A stretch of 8,829 nt of DNA, from NCBI GenBank assembly GCA_000388065.2, contig KB932201.1; one strand, written 5' to 3'. Below, piece after piece: positions 1 to 5,723 of the stretch. Position 1 is the stretch's first letter, and each line of letters begins with the position of its first letter. A program made the position numbers and the translations under genes. The notes beneath the pieces were generated by a model, which did no database searches, had not been told where the DNA came from, and saw nothing but the letters and a program-made list of their open reading frames with translations. The stretch comes from Fonticula alba ATCC 38817. Its lineage: Eukaryota > Protista > Nucleariida.

Positions 1-1472
1 GGGGGGGGGGGGGGCGGGGGAGATGGGGGCGGCGGATGCGCCTCCATCCCGCCCCGGCGGCGCGGTGTCGTTTGTTCTTGTTGAGGCCGCTTGGCGCTCC
101 TACGAGACGCTGGCCTGGGCGAGGCGGTGTCGGCATGGCTTGTCGCGGTCCGACCTGGAGAGGGCGCGTCCCCCGTCCTCATTCGATGCTTCAACCCCGC
201 CCCCCGCGCCCGCCGGCGCCGGGCGGCACCCGGCTGGGGCGAGCTCGCGCGCCCCTGGACCCGTCCGCTGGCCATAATTTGCCCTGCCTCCCTCCCCCGG
301 GCCCCGGCACATATTGCGGTCGGGCGGCGCACCCGCGCCCCGGGGTGGGGGGGCGGGGGCGGGGCGCTGGAACGATGCCCCGAGAAAGAGGCGGAACATC
401 CCCTCGGGCCTGCCGGGCCCCGCCCGCCTTCCCCCCCCCCCCCCCCGCGCCCGGGCTAGCCGCCGTTGGCCCGCTCTCTTGGGCACGGGCGCGTGCGCGC
501 CTCTCGGGCGGGCCGGATACCAGTGCCCCGGCCCCCGGTCCTCGAGCCCCCCGGCTTCCCAGCGAGTGATGTGGCTAGGCTCGCCCCCCCCGGACGGAGG
601 GGGGGGGGCCTCGGCGCCTCCTTCAGGCCAGGGCGTCTTGGTGGCGGGGGCCCACCGCGCGACGGCCGAGCCTGGGGGACAGCATCGGCTCATTGCCGCA
701 GGTCCTCCTTCCCTTGCTTTCATGTTGCCCCCCCCCCCCGTCCCGCCCGGTGAGGTGCCCCCCTCGTTGTTCCCCTGGGGGAGGGGGCTGGGGCTGGGGG
801 GGTGGCTGTGTGGATGGGCCGGAGTTTGTTTTCTTTTCCCTTTTCCCTCCTGCGCCTGGCCTCGGTCTTTGTTCAAGCATGCGGCGGCCCAGCCACCCGG
901 CCAGCCGCAGGGTGCCCTCCCCATCGTTCTTTCTCGAGCTATCTCTCCCGCCCCCGCCCCCGCCCCCCCCCCTGCCCCCGCCCTGCCCCCGACCTGTGCC
1001 CGGGCGTCTTGTCTAGTCTAGTCGGCCGTTGGGCCGAGCGAGCAGCCCCGCCCCGAGGGATGTGCTGCCCTCTTCTGTCCGTCAGCCGGGAACTGTCCGT
1101 CATCTTACCCCCCCCCCGCCCCCCGCCCCCCGCCCCCCGCCCCCAGCTGACCCTCCGTTTGTCCACCAGGGGGACTGGGGAGGCCCGGCGGAACGGCAAG
1201 CCCACAGAGGAGGCCGAGACGCGGCGAGAGAGTCCGCAGGCCCGGAGCGGCCAGAGCGCAAACGGGGCCCCGGCCCCGGCGAGAGGAAGCTCGCCGGCCC
1301 GAGTCGGCGCCGCCTCCTGCGCGAGGCACGCCACCCATCCCCCCTGGGTGAGGGCGGGGGGGGGGGGCTGCGGCGGGGCCGGGGCAGGAGGGTGGAGGGC
1401 AGGGCCGGCCCGGGGGGGGGGGGGCGGCGCGGGGAGCAAATTGGGGCCAAGATGGCCCGGCGCAATGTCACG

Positions 1473-1523
1473 NNNNNNNNNNNNNNNNNNNNNNNNNNNN
1501 NNNNNNNNNNNNNNNNNNNNNNN
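1473..1523. other. Assembly gap (51 N)
   Basis: N run. Confidence 0.99.
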
Positions 1524-2260
1524 GGCGGAGGTCGCTTTCCTCGTCCGAGGCGTCCGATTCTGCGGAGCAGGGGTACTCACCAGCGGGGGGGGAGGGGGGG
1601 GGGCGGTGCGGGGCCCGGGCCGGCGCGGGGGCCCGAACCGGAGCGGGGCCCGGAGGGGCTGCCGGGGGTGGGCGACCGCAGTTGAGGGGGGGAATGAGTA
1701 TTCGGTATGCGGGTTCGCTCGCGACGGGGGGCAACCCGGGGGGCGGCCGGCCGGGGGGAGGGGGGGGGGGGCACATAGGAGGACTCTTCAGAGGCCACAC
1801 CGCCGGCGCCCCTGGCGAGTTGGGGCAGCACAGCATTTTTCTTGCAAGCGTAAACTCCCCTGTCGTCAGCCGGTTCCTCCCCCCACCGACCGACGCCTCT
1901 TTACGCCCACCCCGCTTCCCCCTCCCTCTCTCCCCCCTTTGCCCGACTCTCCCCCCCCGGCTCGCCCGCTGAGGTACTTCCCCCCCCCCCTCCCCCCTTG
2001 TCGTCTGTGCATTCGCCCGTGTTCGTTTGCTCGCCTGCCACTGTGTCTTTTCTTTTTGCAGCCCGACCGCATTGCGCCGCGTGCTGCTTGCCTGCTCCCC
2101 GCGCCCCTCCCCTCGCCCTCCTTTGCTCGTGCGCCACACCCGTCTCGACACTCTCCCTCCCTTGTGTGTCGGGATATGGGCACCGCGCGCGTCTCCGTCC
2201 TTTCTCCTCCTCTTCCTGCTCCGGGCCTTTTGCGATGACACGCTGTTCATCGCTGTGCTC

Positions 2261-2298
2261 GTGTGTGTGTGTGTGGTGAGACGCGCGCGCATGCATGC
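2261..2298. repeat. (GT)n followed by a (CG)n/GCAT alternating tract
   Basis: gtgtgtgtgtgtgtg gtgaga cgcgcgcgcatgcatgc. Confidence 0.8.
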
Positions 2299-2431
2299 CT
2301 ATCGCCAGCCAGTGCCCCGGGCGCGCCACCGCCTCTGGTCATGCCTCCCTCGTCTTCCGGAAGGCGGGCAGGGGGACGGCCAGCGGCTGGTTGCGGTCGG
2401 CCGGCCAGCCGGCCGGCCTCGATAGCATGTT

Positions 2432-2448
2432 GCGCGCGCGCGCGCGCG
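2432..2448. repeat. (GC)8G dinucleotide run
   Basis: Directly visible. Confidence 0.85.
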
Positions 2449-2610
2449 TGCCCACCGCCACTTCACCAGAGGGGGCCTCGCACCTCCGACTGGGGCTCTC
2501 AGCCTCTCGACCCTCGCCTCGTTCTGACCGTTCCGTCCTCCTCTCTCTGCTCTCGGTCTTCCCCGTCCGCGGCCCGGGCCGGCATGTCTCCCGCTCGTCG
2601 GCTCCCACGT

Positions 2611-2649
2611 CCGCACCCCGCCCCCCCCCAGTTCCCAGTCGCCAACATG
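2611..2649 (+). promoter_or_regulatory. Probable 5'-UTR intron acceptor(s) and Kozak-like start of RhoGDI
   Basis: C-rich tract, then CAG (ends 2631), TTCCCAG (ends 2638), then tcgccaacATG. Confidence 0.45.
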
Positions 2650-2788
2650 TCCACCGACGAGTTTGCCCCCCAGATGACCGAGGGCTACAAGACCCCCAAG
2701 GCCGTCACTCTGTCCGAGCTTCAGGACCTCGACAAGGAGGATGAGGCCATGAACAAGTGGAAGGCCTCCCTCGTCAAGGAGACCTACG
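2647..2788 (+). CDS. RDI1: RhoGDI coding exon 1 (N-terminal regulatory arm)
   Basis: ATG 2647 to TAC G, followed by donor GTGCGT at 2789. Confidence 0.93.
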
Positions 2789-3997
2789 GTGCGTGTTGGC
2801 CTTGTGCCTGACCAATGGTGTGGCTCTCTGCCCATGCTCGCACCTCCCCCTTGTCCTCTGAGCTCGCATGCTTCGCTTGCTCTCGGAGACGTGTGCATCG
2901 TGTGTTTGTGTTTGCGTGCATATGTGGAGGTGCACCAGGTGTGGTGCTACCTCCTCCCACCAAGCCAAGCGCATATCCCCAATTGGCCATGTGTTTGTCT
3001 CTGTCTTCCTGTCCTTTCCCATCTAACACGCGCGCTCATGTGCTCTCCTCTCTGCCAACCGACCCGCGCAGCTCCCGCCGACGATCCTCGCCGCGTGGTT
3101 GTCCTCTCCATGACTCTGTCTTCCCCGGACCGCCCGGACATCACCCTCGAGCTCAACTCCAGCGGTAAGTGCTGCCTGCTGCGTTCCGGCCTTCTGCTGT
3201 TATTGCTGTCCACTCGCAAAGCACCGCCACTCACTTTCCTCTGTCTTCCCTCCTCCGCACTCCCCTTCCATCGCCCGGTGTGTCCTCTCTCTCTCTCTCT
3301 CTCTCTCGTTCTCTCTCTCCTCCGGGCCACCTGCAGAGAAGGTCCAGGAGCTGAAGAAGCTCAAGACCATCATCAAGGAGGGCTCCACCTACCGCATCTC
3401 GGTCAACTTCCGCGTCCAGCACGAGATCGTCACCGGTCTCAAGTTCCTGCACGTCATCAAGCGCAAGGGCATCACTGGTGCGTCATACATTGTGCCCCTG
3501 GGGCTGCCCCGTCCTTCACTCCATCCGCCCATCCATCTCCCCCCCCCGCCCACTGCCCTGTGCATGTCTCCGTCTCTCCCTCCCTCCCTCCCTCCCTCCC
3601 TCTCTCTCTCTCCCGCCTGCGGGGAGGCAGCCAATCTGCTGCCTTTGTCGCCGGCCAGCGGGCCTCCTTCTTCCGCTCTTTTCCCCGCCTCTCTCATTAT
3701 CCTCCTCACTCACCCCCTCATCGGCCCCTCGCTTCTCTCTCTCTCTCCCCCCCCCTTCTCGCTCTCTCCTCACCCTCTCCTGGCATTGGCACTCTCGCAG
3801 TCGAGAAGATCCAGGAGATGATTGGCTCGTACGCTCCCCAGCTTGAGCCCCACACCAAGTCCTTCCACCCCGAGGAGGCCCCCTCCGGCATGATGTTCCG
3901 CGGTAACTACGTCGGTCATGCCAAGTTCACCGATGATGATGGCAACATCTACCTCGAGTGGGAGTGGCCCTTCGAGATCAAGAAGGAGTGGGAGTAA
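2647..3997 (+). CDS. RDI1: Rho GDP-dissociation inhibitor (RhoGDI), 190 aa, join(2647..2788,3072..3164,3337..3477,3801..3997)
   Basis: Spliced product MSTDEFAPQMTEGYKTPKAVTLSELQDLDKEDEAMNKWKASLVKETYAPADDPRRVVVLSMTLSSPDRPDITLELNSSEKVQELKKLKTIIKEGSTYRISVNFRVQHEIVTGLKFLHVIKRKGITVEKIQEMIGSYAPQLEPHTKSFHPEEAPSGMMFRGNYVGHAKFTDDDGNIYLEWEWPFEIKKEWE. It has the RhoGDI hallmarks LDKEDE..KWK.SL, IKEGS.YRI, EIV.GLK, GSY.P, EEAPSG..RG.Y, FTDDD and WEW..EIKK.W. Exon lengths 142+93+141+197=573 nt; three GT-AG introns; ATG context gccaacATG. The symbol is the yeast name (ARHGDI family). Confidence 0.96.
2789..3071 (+). other. RhoGDI intron 1 (283 nt, phase 1)
   Basis: GTGCGT...CTAAC...GCAG; removal restores the frame. 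Confidence 0.92.
3072..3164 (+). CDS. RDI1: RhoGDI coding exon 2
   Basis: Acceptor CAG 3069-3071 and branch-like CTAAC 3023-3027. Encodes (A)PADDPRRVVVLSMTL...LELNSS. Donor GTAAGT at 3165. Confidence 0.92.
3165..3336 (+). other. RhoGDI intron 2 (172 nt, phase 1)
   Basis: GTAAGT...(CT)n...CTGCAG. Confidence 0.92.
3285..3319. repeat. (CT)n microsatellite in RhoGDI intron 2
   Basis: Directly visible. Confidence 0.85.
3337..3477 (+). CDS. RDI1: RhoGDI coding exon 3
   Basis: Acceptor CTGCAG ending 3336 after a (CT)n tract. Encodes (E)KVQELKKLKTIIKEGSTYRISVNFRVQHEIVTGLKFLHVIKRKGIT, a frame not shown in the ORF track. Donor GTGCGT at 3478. Confidence 0.93.
3478..3800 (+). other. RhoGDI intron 3 (323 nt, phase 1)
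   Basis: GTGCGT...(CCCT)n/(CT)n...CTCGCAG. Confidence 0.92.
3572..3614. repeat. (CCCT)n/(CT)n microsatellite in RhoGDI intron 3
   Basis: Directly visible. Confidence 0.85.
3801..3997 (+). CDS. RDI1: RhoGDI coding exon 4 (C-terminal Ig-like prenyl-binding domain)
   Basis: Acceptor GCAG ending 3800. Encodes (V)EKIQEMIGSYAP...FTDDDGNIYLEWEWPFEIKKEWE, stop TAA 3995-3997. Confidence 0.95.
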
Positions 3998-4241
3998 ATC
4001 TTCTCGCCTCTTCCCTCTTCCTGTCTCCATCTCGTCCGCGCCTGCGCATGTGCGCATGCGAGCGCGTTCCCCCTCTGCACCTCTCGCCTAGAGACCCCGG
4101 TCGGCGGGTGTGTTCGCGTGTGTGCATCGCCCTCCGTACCATGCGTCTATATGCAGGTGTGGCGCGTTGTCGGGAGGGAGGCGGGGGGTGGGGGCGGACG
4201 GGCGCTCCCATGTGCGTATGTTCACCCTCCCCCTGACTGGT

Positions 4242-4256
4242 AGCAGCAGCAGCAGC
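4242..4256. repeat. (AGC)5 trinucleotide repeat
   Basis: Directly visible. Confidence 0.8.
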
Positions 4257-4302
4257 ATTGTCCAGTGCACCGGGTGGATGTATCCTGGGGGATAGCCGTG
4301 TA

Positions 4303-4333
4303 TGTGGGTGTGTGTGTGTGTGTGTGGGTGTGT
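4303..4333. repeat. (GT)n microsatellite
   Basis: Directly visible. Confidence 0.85.
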
Positions 4334-4471
4334 ATATGTGTTGTGTGTGGCTCATGCGCCGCGCCCTCATGATCGCCTCTCTCTATTTCTTTCTCCCCCT
4401 CTCTCCCCCCTTCACCCAGCACCACCCCTTCATCACAGCGCCGCCCTCCCCTCTCCCCCCTTCTCTCCCCT

Positions 4472-4709
4472 CCCAGCCAAAACGCCACTCTGTCCCATGT
4501 CACATCCCTTGATCGATGGCTCGATTGTACTCCAGTATTGTACTCCCTGATATTGCCTTCTCTTCCCTTCCCCCCTCCCCTCCCCNNNNNNNNNNCCCAG
4601 CCAAAACGCCACTCTGTCCCATGTCACATCCCTTGATCGATGGCTCGATTGTACTCCAGTATTGTACTCCCTGATATTGCCTTCTCTTCCCTTCCCCCCT
4701 CCCCTCCCC
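4472..4709. repeat. Perfect 114-bp direct duplication (4472-4585 and 4596-4709) flanking a 10-N gap; probable assembly overlap artefact
   Basis: The two copies are identical base for base and abut the gap exactly. Confidence 0.9.
4586..4595. other. Assembly gap (10 N)
   Basis: N run. Confidence 0.99.
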
Positions 4710-4796
4710 ACAGTATTATACATATCATATTTCACTCCGTGTGTCCTTCTCTCCCTCTCACTCCCTTTCCTGTTGTCTCTCTTTGTCTCCAAATCG

Positions 4797-4846
4797 GTGT
4801 GTGTGTGTGTGTGTGTGCGTGTGTGTGTGTGTGTGTATGTGTGTGT
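4797..4846. repeat. Imperfect (GT)25 microsatellite
   Basis: Directly visible. Confidence 0.9.
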
Positions 4847-5066
4847 TTGGGATGGCGGATGTGCGGATGCCGAGGAGGGGGCCCGGGCTGTTTTTCGTCT
4901 CCCGCACGTCTTCTTTCTCGGTCTCTGCGGGCAAGCATACGTACATGTCCCACCCCACGGGCGCCCGCCGGGGAAGCAAGCAAACCTAGCCCCTGCGCGA
5001 TGGTCTCTAGCTTACTCGCCCATGTGCAGCTTTCTCCCTCTCCCTCTCTCCCACTCCTTCCTGCAG

Positions 5067-5112
5067 GGCGGGTTACTTCACGTTTCGGAATGACTCGGTC
5101 GAAGGCATCCCG
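5067..5112 (+). other. Orphan exon-like segment on + (46 nt)
   Basis: About 30 nt of pure pyrimidine tract plus CTGCAG before, and GTGCGT donor after. One frame reads AGYFTFRNDSVEGIP. Parent gene not identified. Confidence 0.35.
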
Positions 5113-5184
5113 GTGCGTGTCTGTGTGTGTCTATGTGGGTGTACGCGAGCGCCAAGGGGGAGACGTGTGAATGCAAGGCGAGAT

Positions 5185-5190
5185 TTTATT
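5185..5190 (-). terminator. Candidate poly(A) signal AATAAA for the kinase-like gene
   Basis: TTTATT on +, about 230-310 nt beyond the candidate stops. The hexamer is rare in this GC-rich context, but its use in this organism is unverified. Confidence 0.4.
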
Positions 5191-5366
5191 GTGCTCAGCA
5201 CCAAGGGGAGGGCACATGCACGCCGGAAACCTGCCAGAAACTCGGAGGCCAGGTCATGGCGGGCAATGTGACGGCCATTCGAGCAGCGACAAATATGTAC
5301 CGAGGGTGTTTCTCAATGCACCCACAGTCACACCCACTCACACATGCATACGCAAGTGGATGGGGG

Positions 5367-5393
5367 CACACACACACACACACACACGCACAC
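5367..5393. repeat. (CA)n microsatellite
   Basis: Directly visible. Confidence 0.9.
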
Positions 5394-5421
5394 CTGCATC
5401 CTCCCCTCTCTGGCTCGCACT

Positions 5422-5450
5422 TCAGCCATGCGCGCGGACAAGATCTGGAG
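5422..5450 (-). CDS. Possible alternative terminal exon of the kinase-like gene ((A)PDLVRAHG*)
   Basis: Donor GTGCGT at 5532 (phase 1), (CCT)n(CT)n tract and CTCAG acceptor ending 5451, TGA at 5422-5424. Confidence 0.4.
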
Positions 5451-5456
5451 CTGAGC

Positions 5457-5484
5457 GAGAGAGAGAGAGGAGGAGGAGGAGGAG
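5457..5484. repeat. (GA)n(GGA)n compound repeat
   Basis: Directly visible; forms a pyrimidine tract on the minus strand. Confidence 0.85.
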
Positions 5485-5500
5485 GTGGTACTTCCCCCTG

Positions 5501-5723
5501 TCAAGAATAAAAGGTGTCGGAATCCGACGCACCCCCCTCCTCGGAGGAATGCTCGCTATTGCCCTCAAGGTACCTGGAGACATACAGGGCATTGGCATAG
5601 CCGAGCGGGTCCTGATCCGGATGGGTAACTGAGCCCGGCAGGAAGGGCGGCGGCACGAGGGGCCTCACCACCGGTGGGGGAGTGGTGAAAATCTCGTGCG
5701 ACAGGATCTGAAGAGCGGTGGGT
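5501..5723 (-). CDS. Kinase-like gene exon 6 (end of kinase domain plus C-terminal tail)
   Basis: Acceptor CCCAG ending 5724 with CTAAC at 5757-5761; restores KDRPTALQILSHEIF. TGA at 5501-5503 unless a further intron at 5451-5532 is used. Confidence 0.75.

Noticed and set aside
802-2238. Long Pro/Gly/Arg-rich ORFs on both strands in 1-2400
   Set aside because: Stops are rare in this very GC-rich DNA, the translations follow homopolymer runs, several cross the N gap, and none shows a domain.
3955-3972. WEW in the RhoGDI C-terminus as an MO25-binding motif linking the two genes
   Set aside because: WEW is the standard structural motif in the last beta-strand of RhoGDIs.
2789-3997. 402-aa ORF as a single protein
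   Set aside because: It starts at the intron 1 donor and reads through introns and off-frame exon 3. Only the exon 2 and exon 4 parts are RhoGDI coding.
4242-4256. (CAG)n as a polyQ-coding tract
   Set aside because: Only five units, in probable 3' UTR or intergenic DNA with no supported exon.
4526-4556. ATTGTACTCC repeated at a 13-nt period as a CRISPR-like or regulatory array
   Set aside because: Only two units with no spacer structure, in a eukaryotic context; the apparent four copies come from the assembly duplication.
4472-4709. 114-bp tandem duplication as a biological repeat or mobile-element target duplication
   Set aside because: The copies are 100% identical and abut a round 10-N gap, the typical signature of unmerged overlapping contig ends. 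Raw reads would settle it.
5091-5093. In-frame TGA in the orphan exon as selenocysteine (GGLLHVSE-U-LGRRHPAMRADKIWS)
   Set aside because: No CxxU-type motif, poor codon usage in that frame and no recognisable SECIS.
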